This document shows, one piece after another, positions 36,756 to 46,997 of a stretch of 64,000 nt of DNA; the stretch's first letter is position 1, and each line of letters begins with the position of its first letter. A model generated the notes under the pieces. The model ran no database searches, was not told where the DNA came from, and was given only the letters and a program-made list of their open reading frames with translations. The translations under genes and the position numbers were made by a program. The stretch comes from Candidatus Latescibacterota bacterium (GTDB taxonomy: Bacteria > Latescibacterota > UBA2968 > UBA8231), in assembly GCA_965261395.1 (NCBI GenBank), contig OZ253462.1:1-64000 (forward strand), in the 5' to 3' direction.

Positions 36756-39700
36756 TCACCAGCGAGACAGCTTAAAACGCAGCTTCCACTCCTCGACCGC
36801 ACAGTAAAGCACCGGCACAATCGGCGCGGTCAGCACCACTGCCATCATGCCGCCGAAGGTGGGAATGGCCATCGGCACCATGAGGTCTGCGCCGCGTCCG
36901 GTCGCCGTCAGCACGGGGATCAGCGCCAAGATCGTAGTGGCCGCCGTCATCAGGCAGGGGCGGATGCGCCGCACCCCGGCGGCGAGCGCTGCGTTGCGCA
37001 TCGCCTCGATAGTCGCTGGCTTTTGCTCGTGGAAGAGCTGGCGCAGATAGGTCGCCACGATCACGCCGTTGTCCGAAGCAATGCCAAATAGCGCGAGAAA
37101 CCCCACCCACACCGCCACGCTCAAGTTCACAGGACGGATGTGGAAGAGCGCGCGCATCTCTGTGCCAAAGACGGAAAAATCCAAAAACCATTCCTGCCCG
37201 TAGAGCCAGAGCATGGCGAAGCCACCGGCCCAAGCCACGGCAACGCCGGAAAAGACCATCAGGGCCGTGGCGGCGCTGCCAAACTGGAAATAGAGGATGA
37301 GGAATATCGTCGCCAGCGCGAGCGGCAGCAGCACGTTGAGCTTCTTTTGCGCTCGCAGTTGGTTTTCGTAACTGCCGGCGAAGGCGTAGCTGACGCCGGT
37401 CTCCAATACGAGATCGCCGCTGGCCCTTTTACTGGCCAAATAATATCGGCACGCTTCCACCACATCGACTTCCGCGTACCCCGGCTTCTTGTCGAAGAGC
37501 ACGTAGCCTAGCAAAAACGTATCCTCGCTCTTGATGACCTGTGGGCCGCGCACGTAGCGAATCTCGGCCAACTCACCCAAGGGGATCTGCGCCCCGTCCG
37601 GTGCTGGCACCAAGATTCGCACCAGTTCCTCGATACTGTCGCGAAATTCGCGCATGTAGCGCACCCGCACGGGATAGCGCTCGCGGCCTTCCACCGTGGT
37701 CGTGACCAGCTTGCCGCCGATGGCGATCTCAATTACGTCCTGCACCTCTTGCAGGGTGATGCCGTGGCGGGCAATGGCCTCGCGGTCAATGTGGATCTCC
37801 AAGTAGGGCTTGCCGACGATGCGGTCGGCGTTGACGGTCGCCGGCTCGACCATAGGCACTTTCTTGAGCAAACGCTCTAGCTGCAAACCGGCGCGCTCGA
37901 TGGCCTCCAAACTTGGGCCTTTAATCTCAATGCCCATGGGGGCGCGCATCCCGCTCTGCAACATGACGAGCCGCGCGGCAATCGGCTGTAACTTCGGCGC
38001 AGATGTAGAGCCGGGGATCTGGCCAGCCTGGGTGATCTCCGCCCATATATCATCGGTTCCCCGTATCCCCGGCCAAGCGGCGCGTCCCGGATTGAGCGCG
38101 GGATCCAAGGGCGGACGCCACAAGCGAAAAGGCCGCCCATCGGCGTCGGGCACGAGGCGACCGGCTGCGTCGCGGAGATAGCGGCCCGGCACCTCGTAGG
38201 GCGTGCCATCGGAGGCGGCTGCAGGCGTGCCATCGGGGGCGCGGAAGAGATCTGTAGCGTGCTCGTCAAAAGCGAATAGCAGGCGGCGGCCAGCCTCGTC
38301 GGTGAGGTATTCCGCACGATAGTTGATCACGGTCTCAATCATGGAAATTGGCGCGGGGTCCAGCGAGGTCTCCGCCCGTCCCAGCTTTCCCACCGCAGAT
38401 TCAACTTCTGGTATCTGCGCGATGGCCGCGTCTTGCTTCTGCAAGACGTCGAGCACCTCGCCGATGGAAGCGTGGGGCATGGTCGTCGGCATCCACAAGA
38501 AAGAACCTTCGTCGAGAGGCGGCATAAACTCCTTGCCCAGTCCGGGCAGGGCCTCAGCGAGGGCGGCAAAGGGCGCTGAATTGCGCAGGGCGGGCGGCAC
38601 AAAGCCGAAGACGCGGGGAAAACCCAGCCACGCGGACGCGCCGGTAATCAGTAGCAGCACGGGAAACAGCAGGACCAAGCCCTTGTGATCCAGACACCAC
38701 CCGAGCACGCGGGGGAATACATGTTGCAAGACGCGAAAAAGCGCCAACAGGCCACCGATCAATCCAGCGGCGAAGAGAAAATTGCGCCAGCCGCCCTTTT
38801 CCGGGCCAAGGGGCAACCAGTGTTCCGCTAGTACAACAACGACCCCGATAGCCGCAGCGGCCACCACGCCCCGCGCCACCCACAAGCGCACCCACTCCGG
38901 TACGCGGGCGGCGAGTAGGTGATACGCCCCAATAGCTATCAGCAGCAGACCGATCCACCACGACAGCGCGAGCCCCACTCCGAGACCACAGGCGGCCCAA
39001 AGGCCAGGTGCCCAACGCCCCAGTCGAGTTCCAAACACGCAGTGTGCCAAGGCCGGCAAGGCCGTCAGCGACAGCCACACCGCGGCCAACAGCGCAAAGG
39101 TCTTGGTAAAGGCCAACGGCGCAAAGAGCTTGCCCTCGGCTCCTTCCATGGCGAAGACGGGCAAAAAGCCCACCACTGTGGTCAGCACGGCCGTTAGCAC
39201 GGCACCGCCGACCTCGCGCGTGGCGCGGAAGATCACTTCCAAGCGGTCGTCTTCTGCGTCTGCATCCTCTAAGTGCTTGAGGATGTTCTCGCTGATGACG
39301 ATGCCCATATCCACCATAGTGCCGATGGCGATGGCAATGCCGGAGAGGGCGACTATGTTGGCGTCAATGCCAAAGACCTTCATCGCGGCGAAGCAGGCGA
39401 GCACAGCTAGCGGCAACAGCCCGGAAACCAACACGGCCCCGCGCAAGTTCATCACCAGCGCCAGCACCACGATCACCGTTACCAGCACCTCCTCGCTCAG
39501 GGCGCGCTCCAGCGTGCCCAGCGTCTCCTCGATCAAGCCGGAGCGGTCGTAAAACGGGATCACCTGCACTTGGCTGACCCGCCCGTCGGGCAGGGTCTTC
39601 TTGGGCAGGCTCGGGGCGATCTCCGCGATTTTGGCCTTGACGCTTTCAATGGCGACTAGGGGATTGGCACCATAGCGCGCCACCACCACGCCGCCGACCA

Positions 39701-40616
39701 CCTCCGCGCCTCCCTTGTCCAACGCACCGCGCCGCAGCGCCGGCCCCAGCGCGACCCGCGCGACGTTTTTGACGTAAATCGGCACGTTGTCCCGCGCCTT
39801 GATGACGGCGTTTTCAAGGTCGGCCAATTCTTTGACAAAGCCGATGCCGCGAATGACGTACTCGACTCGATTCAACTCGACGGTGCGCGCACCCACGTCC
39901 CGGTTGGACATGCGCACCGCGCGGAAAACCTCGTCGAGCCGCACCCCATAGGCGCGCATTGCGTCCGGGTTGACGTCGATTTGGTATTCCTGCACGAAGC
40001 CGCCCACGGAAGCCACCTCGCTGACGCCGTCGGCAGCCAACAGGGCATAGCGCACCTGCCAGTCCTGAATGCGGCGCAACTCGTGCAGATCCCAGCCGCC
40101 GGTGGGCGCGCCCTGTTCGTCGCGGCCTTCCAACGTGTACCAGAATACCTGCCCCAAGGCCGTTGCGTCCGGCCCCAAGGCCGGCTGGACGCCCTCGGGC
40201 AGGAGACTAGCCGGCAGGCTGTTGAGCTTTTCGAGGATGCGGGAGCGCGACCAATAGAAATCGACTTCTTCGGCAAAAATCACATAGATGCTCGAAAAGC
40301 CGAACATCGAAGAGCTGCGGATCGTCTCAACGCCCGGCACGCCCAAAAGCGCCGTGGTCAGCGGATAAGTCACCTGATCTTCCACGTCTTGCGGCGAGCG
40401 GCCCGGCCACTCGCTGAAGACGATCTGTTGGTTCTCGCCGAGGTCTGGGATCGCATCTACGGGCACGGGATCGCGCGGCAGCCATGTGAACTCCCAAGCA
40501 AAGGGGGCGACCGCAAGGCCCCAACCCACGAGGCCGACCAACATGAGCGCGACGACCAGCTTGCGCGTGAGAAAGAAGCGCTCCAAGCGGGCGAGCAACG
40601 AATTTTGTCCTTCCAT
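36756..40616 (-). CDS. cusA: CusA/CzcA-family heavy-metal RND permease
   Basis: PVDAIPDLGENQQIV, EDQVTYPL, GPDATALG, GTMVDMGIV, RIRPCLMT. Confidence 0.88.
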   Translation of the reverse strand: MEGQNSLLARLERFFLTRKLVVALMLVGLVGWGLAVAPFAWEFTWLPRDPVPVDAIPDLGENQQIVFSEWPGRSPQDVEDQVTYPLTTALLGVPGVETIRSSSMFGFSSIYVIFAEEVDFYWSRSRILEKLNSLPASLLPEGVQPALGPDATALGQVFWYTLEGRDEQGAPTGGWDLHELRRIQDWQVRYALLAADGVSEVASVGGFVQEYQIDVNPDAMRAYGVRLDEVFRAVRMSNRDVGARTVELNRVEYVIRGIGFVKELADLENAVIKARDNVPIYVKNVARVALGPALRRGALDKGGAEVVGGVVVARYGANPLVAIESVKAKIAEIAPSLPKKTLPDGRVSQVQVIPFYDRSGLIEETLGTLERALSEEVLVTVIVVLALVMNLRGAVLVSGLLPLAVLACFAAMKVFGIDANIVALSGIAIAIGTMVDMGIVISENILKHLEDADAEDDRLEVIFRATREVGGAVLTAVLTTVVGFLPVFAMEGAEGKLFAPLAFTKTFALLAAVWLSLTALPALAHCVFGTRLGRWAPGLWAACGLGVGLALSWWIGLLLIAIGAYHLLAARVPEWVRLWVARGVVAAAAIGVVVVLAEHWLPLGPEKGGWRNFLFAAGLIGGLLALFRVLQHVFPRVLGWCLDHKGLVLLFPVLLLITGASAWLGFPRVFGFVPPALRNSAPFAALAEALPGLGKEFMPPLDEGSFLWMPTTMPHASIGEVLDVLQKQDAAIAQIPEVESAVGKLGRAETSLDPAPISMIETVINYRAEYLTDEAGRRLLFAFDEHATDLFRAPDGTPAAASDGTPYEVPGRYLRDAAGRLVPDADGRPFRLWRPPLDPALNPGRAAWPGIRGTDDIWAEITQAGQIPGSTSAPKLQPIAARLVMLQSGMRAPMGIEIKGPSLEAIERAGLQLERLLKKVPMVEPATVNADRIVGKPYLEIHIDREAIARHGITLQEVQDVIEIAIGGKLVTTTVEGRERYPVRVRYMREFRDSIEELVRILVPAPDGAQIPLGELAEIRYVRGPQVIKSEDTFLLGYVLFDKKPGYAEVDVVEACRYYLASKRASGDLVLETGVSYAFAGSYENQLRAQKKLNVLLPLALATIFLILYFQFGSAATALMVFSGVAVAWAGGFAMLWLYGQEWFLDFSVFGTEMRALFHIRPVNLSVAVWVGFLALFGIASDNGVIVATYLRQLFHEQKPATIEAMRNAALAAGVRRIRPCLMTAATTILALIPVLTATGRGADLMVPMAIPTFGGMMAVVLTAPIVPVLYCAVEEWKLRFKLSRW

Positions 40617-42136
40617 CAGTGGCCTCCGTGGTGGTGCTCAGGCGCAGAGGTGCCGCCGGAGTCCATGGAAGGCGCGGACGCGCTACCTCCACCGTGATCG
40701 TGCCCGTGCGTCGGCGCACCGCCTGCTGGATACATTGCACTAGGCTGGGCGCGGATCTGGAGGGCACTGTCGATTTTGAACGCGCCATTGACCACGACGT
40801 CCTCTCCCTCGCGCAGCCCCTTGCGGACCAAGTAGTAATCCCCAGCCCGCGGCCCGAGCACGACTTCGCGGCCCTCGTACAGGCCCTCGCCGAGCGCGAC
40901 ATACACTACGGCGCGTTTGCCCGTCAGCAGCGGTGCCGAGGCCGGCACCACTAGCGGTGCCTCGCGTCCAGCCTCGTCGCCAGCGCCGTAGCCCAGCTCT
41001 TCGGCGCGCACTAGGGCCATGCCGCAAATGTCGCAGGTGCCGGGCGCGTCGCGGACGATCTCTGGATGCATCGGGCTGATCCATTTGCCCAGCAGCGCGG
41101 GAGACATGGCGCGCCCGTTGGCCCCCACTTCGGCTTGGACCACGGCCCACACCAGCATTCCCGGCTTCAGCCGACCTTGCTCGTTTGCCACGTTGACCCG
41201 CACGCGCACCGTGCGCGTGCGCTCGTCCAGCACTGGATCGACGAAGGATATTTGGCCGCTGAACACCTCGCCCGGATAGGCCTCGGCCGAAAATTCGACG
41301 GCCTGACCGAAGTGGATCCAAGACAGGTCCGACTCGTAGGCTCGGAGCTCTAGCCACAGCCGCGACAAATCCGCGATGGTGTAAATCGGCGTTCCGGTCT
41401 GCACGTACGCGCCCTCGCTGAGGTGCTTTTTTATCACCACACCGCCTGTTGGCGCGTAGATCGTCAGGTGATCGGAGGCGCGGCGCTCGCGCTCGATGCG
41501 CGCGATTTGCTCCTCTTTCAGCCCGAGCAGGCGCAGCTTTTCGCGCGCGGCCGCGACCATCGCCTGCGCCGTCTGCCCAACCGACGTACCGCTGTCAACC
41601 AATCGCTCGCCGGCGCGCAGAGCCTGGATCAGCTCCTCTTGGGCGGTCAACAGCTCGGGGCTGTAGAGATAGGCTATGTGGTCGCCCTCTTCGACCCGCA
41701 CGCCCGTGTAGTCCACGTACAGCCGGTCAATCCGGCCCGCTACCCAAGCGGTGATGGAGCGGACTTGCGTCTCATCTACCGCGATCTTGCCGACCATCCG
41801 CGTCTCGACCGGCGCGAAGCGGCGCTTGACTGGCGCGGTCTGGATGCTGGCAAGCTGCTGCGCGGCGGGCGATAGACGCAATTGGCGCGGCCCCAAGGAG
41901 TCGCCGACAGCGGGCGCGGCCACCGGGATTAGGTCCATCGCGCAGATTGGGCACTGGCCCGGGCCGGGCTGGCGGATCTGCGGGTGCATTGAGCAGGTCC
42001 ACGTTTCGCCCTGCTCGGCGACCGCGGCGGGTGCGTGACCGCTGGGCGCGTCCGAGCCGCCCAAACCCCATCCCACTGCCAAACCGACGATCCCCGCCAC
42101 GATGCCGGTAGCTATCACTTGCTTTGTCGCTTTCAT
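40616..42136 (-). CDS. cusB: CusB-like RND periplasmic adaptor with heavy-metal-binding domains
   Basis: WTCSMHPQIR..GQCPICAMDL, second MHP..CDICGM.L, YSPELL.AQEEL, His-rich tail. Confidence 0.88.
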   Translation of the reverse strand: MKATKQVIATGIVAGIVGLAVGWGLGGSDAPSGHAPAAVAEQGETWTCSMHPQIRQPGPGQCPICAMDLIPVAAPAVGDSLGPRQLRLSPAAQQLASIQTAPVKRRFAPVETRMVGKIAVDETQVRSITAWVAGRIDRLYVDYTGVRVEEGDHIAYLYSPELLTAQEELIQALRAGERLVDSGTSVGQTAQAMVAAAREKLRLLGLKEEQIARIERERRASDHLTIYAPTGGVVIKKHLSEGAYVQTGTPIYTIADLSRLWLELRAYESDLSWIHFGQAVEFSAEAYPGEVFSGQISFVDPVLDERTRTVRVRVNVANEQGRLKPGMLVWAVVQAEVGANGRAMSPALLGKWISPMHPEIVRDAPGTCDICGMALVRAEELGYGAGDEAGREAPLVVPASAPLLTGKRAVVYVALGEGLYEGREVVLGPRAGDYYLVRKGLREGEDVVVNGAFKIDSALQIRAQPSAMYPAGGAPTHGHDHGGGSASAPSMDSGGTSAPEHHHGGH

Positions 42137-43398
42137 CGTTGGATTTCCTCTGTGGTTGAGGGTTCGCCGACCAGCTTTTCAATCTCAGCCCAATGCAGAG
42201 CTTGGTCGGTGCGCGCGCGTTCGTACGCTAGCTGGAATTCCAGCAAGGTGCGTTGGGCGTCGATGACCGCGAGAAAATCGCTGCGGTCGGCGGCAAAGGC
42301 GCGTTGGGTTACGTTGAGTGCTTGTTCGGCCTTGGGCAGCAGGCTGTCTCGGTAGAGGGCGCTGCGGCTTTGGGCGTCGCGCCGTTTGTACAAGGCCAAC
42401 TCCAGCTCGGCTACGAGCCTATTTTTCTCGTCCGCAATGCCCTGTAAGGCGGCCTGATAGCCCAGTTTGGCCGCGCGTTCCCCAGCCTCGTAGGACGAGC
42501 GCCACAAGGGTAGGTTAATCGTGGCCATAGCCATCAGCGGATTTTCACCGCGGTCTCCGATGTGAATGTAATCGAGGCTCACGGTCAGATCTGGGTAAAA
42601 CTGCTTTCCGGCCAACTCGACGCCCAGGGACTGCGCCCGCGCCTGCACTTGTCGCATTTGCAGCGTTGGGTTCGCAGCCTGCAAGCGCGCTTTTAGCACC
42701 TCCTCGTCGAGGTCCGACGCGGGCATGGGCAGCGAGTCGGGCACAGCTACCGGCGCAGTTGCCGAGCGGCCAAGCGCGGCATTCAATCGGGCCGTGCCTG
42801 GCCGCTGACGCTGACGCAGGCTGCGCAGTTGGTCCTCTAAGCGGCCCAATTCCACCTGCGCCTTGAGCACGGGGGCGTGCTCTCCGGTGCCGCCGCGATA
42901 GCGGGCGCGGCCTACTTCTTCTAGGTGGGCCAACAGCCGCAAGTTTTCCTCGGTGACGGCGATGGCCCGCTGCAAAAAGTAGTAGTCGTAGTACGCGGCC
43001 TTGACCTCGAAAATCAGCGACCGCCGCACGGTCTCGTAGAGCTGGCCTCCGACTGCGGCCTCTTGTTGGGCGATCCGCCCCTTGAGCTCCAACTTGCCCT
43101 TCCAAGGAAAGGTTTGCGCCGCGCTAAAGCGCATTTCCTGCGGGCCGGTGCGCGTCTCCACCGGGCGCGCGAAATAGCCGTAGGTCAAGCGGGGATCAAC
43201 CCAAGCGCTTGCTGGAGTCACCTTTTCTAGGGCGGCCTTATAGCGCGCCAAAGCCTGCTTGAGCTTGGGGTTGTGCTGTTCGGCGTAGCGCGCGTACTCC
43301 GCGAGCTCGGCGCGGGGATCGAGCGCTGCTTCTTCCTGCGACCAGATCGGACTTGCGAGCAGCCCGGCCAGCAGCAGGGCCGTTCCATTTTTGTACAT
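42133..43398 (-). CDS. TolC-family outer membrane efflux protein
   Basis: Signal peptide after GAGGAG RBS; HNPKL, QTFPWKGKL, YPDL, LPLWR; in operon with cusBA. Confidence 0.88.
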   Translation of the reverse strand: MYKNGTALLLAGLLASPIWSQEEAALDPRAELAEYARYAEQHNPKLKQALARYKAALEKVTPASAWVDPRLTYGYFARPVETRTGPQEMRFSAAQTFPWKGKLELKGRIAQQEAAVGGQLYETVRRSLIFEVKAAYYDYYFLQRAIAVTEENLRLLAHLEEVGRARYRGGTGEHAPVLKAQVELGRLEDQLRSLRQRQRPGTARLNAALGRSATAPVAVPDSLPMPASDLDEEVLKARLQAANPTLQMRQVQARAQSLGVELAGKQFYPDLTVSLDYIHIGDRGENPLMAMATINLPLWRSSYEAGERAAKLGYQAALQGIADEKNRLVAELELALYKRRDAQSRSALYRDSLLPKAEQALNVTQRAFAADRSDFLAVIDAQRTLLEFQLAYERARTDQALHWAEIEKLVGEPSTTEEIQR

Positions 43399-43559
43399 GC
43401 AAATACTCCTCGCCGCGACGGCCTGAGATTCGCGCACAGGCCTCCGCAAATTGAGTGGAGTGTGAGACTTAGAAACCGTCTGGAAATTCCGGGTACGCCC
43501 CGAGCGCAACTGCTAGGGGTTTCGGACAGCTTATTAGAACGAACTCAGTGCGGCGAGGA

Positions 43560-43916
43560 TTAGATCAGGAAGGAACAGTAGAGCTGGAAGAGCGGGGGAT
43601 GCGGTTGGGGGACGCGGTTGGGCAACGACCGCATCACAGATGAGCGAGGCAGCGGCGGGGTGGCCGCAGCCATGCCGACCAAAGGCGTTGAGACGGACGG
43701 CTGCTCGGCTGGGGGGACGAACTGAGAGGCTGCGCTGTTTTCTTCGCGCAGACAGCAACAACCCGCTTGCATGCCCTCGTCGCCGCAGGCATTGGCGACG
43801 TGGCAGGGCATGGGGGCGGCCTCTGCGACACACGGGGCACAGAGAACCTGCAAGCCGCTACAGGCAAGTGCCAGCAGCAGGACTAAAGACGTGGTTAAAG
43901 GACGAAGGTTTTTCAT
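43560..43916 (-). CDS. Small Cys/Met-rich exported protein upstream of the efflux operon
   Basis: Hydrophobic N-terminus, MPCH, CCC, PP..LYCSFLI ending. Confidence 0.55.
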   Translation of the reverse strand: MKNLRPLTTSLVLLLALACSGLQVLCAPCVAEAAPMPCHVANACGDEGMQAGCCCLREENSAASQFVPPAEQPSVSTPLVGMAAATPPLPRSSVMRSLPNRVPQPHPPLFQLYCSFLI

Positions 43917-43994
43917 TATCGATGGGTCGCTTGGATACAGACTAAAGTACACATATCGACGACCGACAACACAAAAAAGTTCCAATGGAGTCTG

Positions 43995-44711
43995 CTACTT
44001 GGCCACCATCTTGCGCATGCCGCGTTCGTACACCACTTCGTACTCGCCTTCTGGTACCTCCATGGCGCGCACGGCCAATTCGCCCATCGTCACCATCGGC
44101 TCAGACCTCAAGAGCAACTCGTCGAACGACTCCTCGGGCGTCTTGCCGGTGGTGTCTAAGACGATGGTGCGGTTCTGGTGAGTAAACAGCGACGCGGCGA
44201 TTTCTTCGTCAAAGCGCGCTTTGACCTCGGCAATGTGTTCTTGGCGCACGACCGGATATTCGTGTGGGCTATCCTGCATTCGCCGAGCGATCTCCTCGTC
44301 GGAGGCCGTTACGTGGAATAGCACCACATCGGGCAGATGGGCCTCAAGCACTAAAGATTCGTAGAGCCGCTGGAAGCCGTAGTGGAAGTTCGGGTAGTAG
44401 AAGCTGTTCGGGTCGTCGCCGTAAAAGCGAGTGTACACGGCCTCCTCTAGGTGCCAGCCGACGATCAGTGGACAGGCGTACTTTTTGATGATGTCCACGT
44501 GGTAGTGGATCTGCATCCGCTGCCCGCGCTCCTTTATGTCGTTGGGCAGGCCGACCAAGATCTTGCGCGACTCCGGGCTGAGCGAGGCGTCGGGGAGGGT
44601 GAAGTGATCGTCGCCGTGGATGGGGACTCGGCGGTGCCGGTAGTATTCCCCGAGCATGGTGGCCAGCGTGCTTTTCCCCGCGTATTCAATACCTGCGAAA
44701 ATGCTGCGCAT
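43995..44711 (-). CDS. P-loop nucleotide-kinase-like protein
   Basis: GIEYAGKST, VLFHVTAS.EEIARR lid, VLDTT. Confidence 0.7.
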   Translation of the reverse strand: MRSIFAGIEYAGKSTLATMLGEYYRHRRVPIHGDDHFTLPDASLSPESRKILVGLPNDIKERGQRMQIHYHVDIIKKYACPLIVGWHLEEAVYTRFYGDDPNSFYYPNFHYGFQRLYESLVLEAHLPDVVLFHVTASDEEIARRMQDSPHEYPVVRQEHIAEVKARFDEEIAASLFTHQNRTIVLDTTGKTPEESFDELLLRSEPMVTMGELAVRAMEVPEGEYEVVYERGMRKMVAK

Positions 44712-44800
44712 GTCTGCTCTCCTTTGGGCTTTTCAAAACGGCGTTCTCGGATATATTCTCAAAAGTAAGTCGCCGCACACTCTCCAGCAAACGCCCGCTT

Positions 44801-45817
44801 ATGCCCGCTAGCTCATCCAAAATTGGCGTCCTCGTCGCCCAGCTCGGTACACCCCAAGCACCCACCGCTCGCGCGTTGCGTCCCTATCTGCGCCAATTTC
44901 TCTCCGACCCGCGCGTCATCGACCTCCACCCGCTCAGGTGGTATCCCATTCTCTATCTGTTTGTCCTCACCCGCCGACCGGCGCGCTCGGCCGCCCTGTA
45001 CGCCAATATCTGGACCGACGAAGGCTCGCCCCTCATGGTCCATTCCCAAGCCCAGACTCGCGGCTTACAAGAGCGATTGGGTGCAGAATATCGGGTCGTG
45101 CTCGGCATGCGCTACGGCGAGCCGAGCATCGCGCGCGCCGTCCAGTCCCTAGAGCAGGAAGGTATAGAGCACATCCTCGTCTTTCCCATGTACCCGCAGT
45201 TTTCCTGCGCCACCACCGGCTCGATCTACGACGCAGTCAACCGCGCTGCTTTGGGCCGGCGCTGCCCTTGGTTTTTCGACCGCAAACGCCAGATGCCGGC
45301 GCTGCGCTTCGTCCCACCCTACGCCGACCATCCCGCGTACATCAACGCGCTCAAACAGTCGGTCGCCGCCGCAGTCGCCCGCCTCAGTTGGACACCCGAC
45401 CGCTACCTAATCACCTTCCACGGCATTCCCCGGCGCTACGTCGATGAAGGCGACCCCTACCGCCGCCACTGCGAGGAAACCGCGCGCCAGCTAGCCGCGG
45501 CGTTGGGCCTCGCAGACGACGAGTGGGTCAGCGGCTTCCAATCGCGCTTCGGCAAAGAGCCTTGGCTAGAGCCTTATACCGAGGAAGTACTAGCCCGCCT
45601 CGGGGAGCAGGGCGTGCGCCGCTTAGTCGCCATTTGTCCCGGCTTCACCGCCGACTGCCTTGAGACGCTCGACGAGATCGGCCGCGAAGGGGCCGAGCAG
45701 TTTTCCAGCGGAGGCGGCCAACAGTTTCACTTAGTACCCTGCCTCAACGACCACCCGGCCTGGCTCGACGCCATGGCAACCATCGCCCGCCAAGAACTGG
45801 CCGGCTGGGATGCCTGA
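44801..45817 (+). CDS. hemH: Ferrochelatase
   Basis: LGTP, FLSDPRV, PMYPQFS..TTGS, FHGIP, FQSRFG, GFTADCLETLDEI. Confidence 0.95.
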   Translation: MPASSSKIGVLVAQLGTPQAPTARALRPYLRQFLSDPRVIDLHPLRWYPILYLFVLTRRPARSAALYANIWTDEGSPLMVHSQAQTRGLQERLGAEYRVVLGMRYGEPSIARAVQSLEQEGIEHILVFPMYPQFSCATTGSIYDAVNRAALGRRCPWFFDRKRQMPALRFVPPYADHPAYINALKQSVAAAVARLSWTPDRYLITFHGIPRRYVDEGDPYRRHCEETARQLAAALGLADDEWVSGFQSRFGKEPWLEPYTEEVLARLGEQGVRRLVAICPGFTADCLETLDEIGREGAEQFSSGGGQQFHLVPCLNDHPAWLDAMATIARQELAGWDA

Positions 45818-45835
45818 CGGCAGCGCGTCATTTGC

Positions 45836-45865
45836 TTGACAATTATGTGTCTTTTTTGTCATACT
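45836..45865 (+). promoter_or_regulatory. Sigma70-type promoter overlapped by an inverted repeat
   Basis: TTGACA-N18-CATACT with TG extension; tgacaa-N13-ttgtca. Confidence 0.5.
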
Positions 45866-45880
45866 TAGCGCGATTCTGCT

Positions 45881-46990
45881 ATGGACAAGCTACCCCTCGC
45901 GCTCGAACGCAAACTCATCCGGCTCGGCACTCGTCTCATTGACCAAAAGCGCGGCCGACGCCTCGTCGAGCCAACCAAGGACCGCGACGGCTTCTGGTTT
46001 GGCGGCGGCAACTCGGTCCGCGACCCCAGCGATGGCAGCCTCTGGCTCATCGGCCGCTACCGCGACGCGGGCGACAGCCGCACCGGGCTGACCACCGGCC
46101 CCCGAGGCCGCACCCTGGCCATCTTTCGCTCGACTGATAACGGACGGAGCTTTGTCGAGGTTCGCACTTGGGACAAATCCGACCTCTACTGCGGCACGGC
46201 CGTACTCAGCATCGAAGGCAGCGCTCTGCGCCTGAACAAGCGCCGCGTTCAAGTGCTGGTCTCTACCGAAAAAGTTCGCCTCTATCCACGGGCCGTCGCC
46301 GCTTTTCAGAAGCCGGGCACCGGCGTCTGGAGCATCGACGCCTTCTCCGCCACCTCCATCGACCGGCTCGACCCACAGGAGTCGATTGCTCCGCTGCTGA
46401 CCAGCGACGATCCGGCCTATCTGCACCTCAAAGACCCCAACCTCTCGGCCGGAATGGGCCGGCAGTCCCTGCTGCTTTACTGCACCCATCCTTACACTTG
46501 GTCGGCGAGCACTTCGGGTCGCGCCGTGCTCGCGGCTCATTCGTGCGAGAGCCAGGGCCACGACTTCTTTTTCCGCGGCCCGACTTGGGATGTGGCTGCC
46601 TTGCGCATCACCTGCCGCCTGCCCGTGCCCAAGGTGGGCGCGTTCGCTTGTTTGCCCTCGCTCTCGCTCTATTTCTACGACGGGGCCGAGTCCATGCACC
46701 CGCTCAAAGCGCATGCAAAGGGAGTCGTCCGACCGCGCGGCTACTCCTGCGAGGAATTGGGCGGCTTGGCGTACGGCTTCGATCGCCAATTTCCGCACCT
46801 CCACCGCCTCAGCTACCTCCAGCCGCTCTTCGTCTCGCCGGAAGGCACGGGCTGCTCGCGCTACGCGTCCGTGCTGACAGAAGCGGACGGGGGGCTTTTC
46901 GCCACTTGGCAGCGCTCGACCCAAACCCACTCGCAGCCGCTTTTCGGCCACCGGCTCACGCCAGCGCGAGTCAAGTCCCTGCTCTCCTGA
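45881..46990 (+). CDS. Hypothetical beta-propeller protein with an Asp-box
   Basis: FRSTDNGRSF Asp-box; HLKDP; glycosidase-like spacing. Confidence 0.6.
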   Translation: MDKLPLALERKLIRLGTRLIDQKRGRRLVEPTKDRDGFWFGGGNSVRDPSDGSLWLIGRYRDAGDSRTGLTTGPRGRTLAIFRSTDNGRSFVEVRTWDKSDLYCGTAVLSIEGSALRLNKRRVQVLVSTEKVRLYPRAVAAFQKPGTGVWSIDAFSATSIDRLDPQESIAPLLTSDDPAYLHLKDPNLSAGMGRQSLLLYCTHPYTWSASTSGRAVLAAHSCESQGHDFFFRGPTWDVAALRITCRLPVPKVGAFACLPSLSLYFYDGAESMHPLKAHAKGVVRPRGYSCEELGGLAYGFDRQFPHLHRLSYLQPLFVSPEGTGCSRYASVLTEADGGLFATWQRSTQTHSQPLFGHRLTPARVKSLLS

Positions 46991-46997
46991 AATTTCT

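Noticed and set aside
38050-38320. ~90-aa insertion in CusA
   Set aside because: No intein (C/S...HN) signature; from recollection, long-form CusA proteins commonly have such a loop
43995-44711. Idea that this kinase replaces the truncated viperin-linked kinase
   Set aside because: About 10 kb away, outside the island, host-like composition and different motifs; no evidence of linkage
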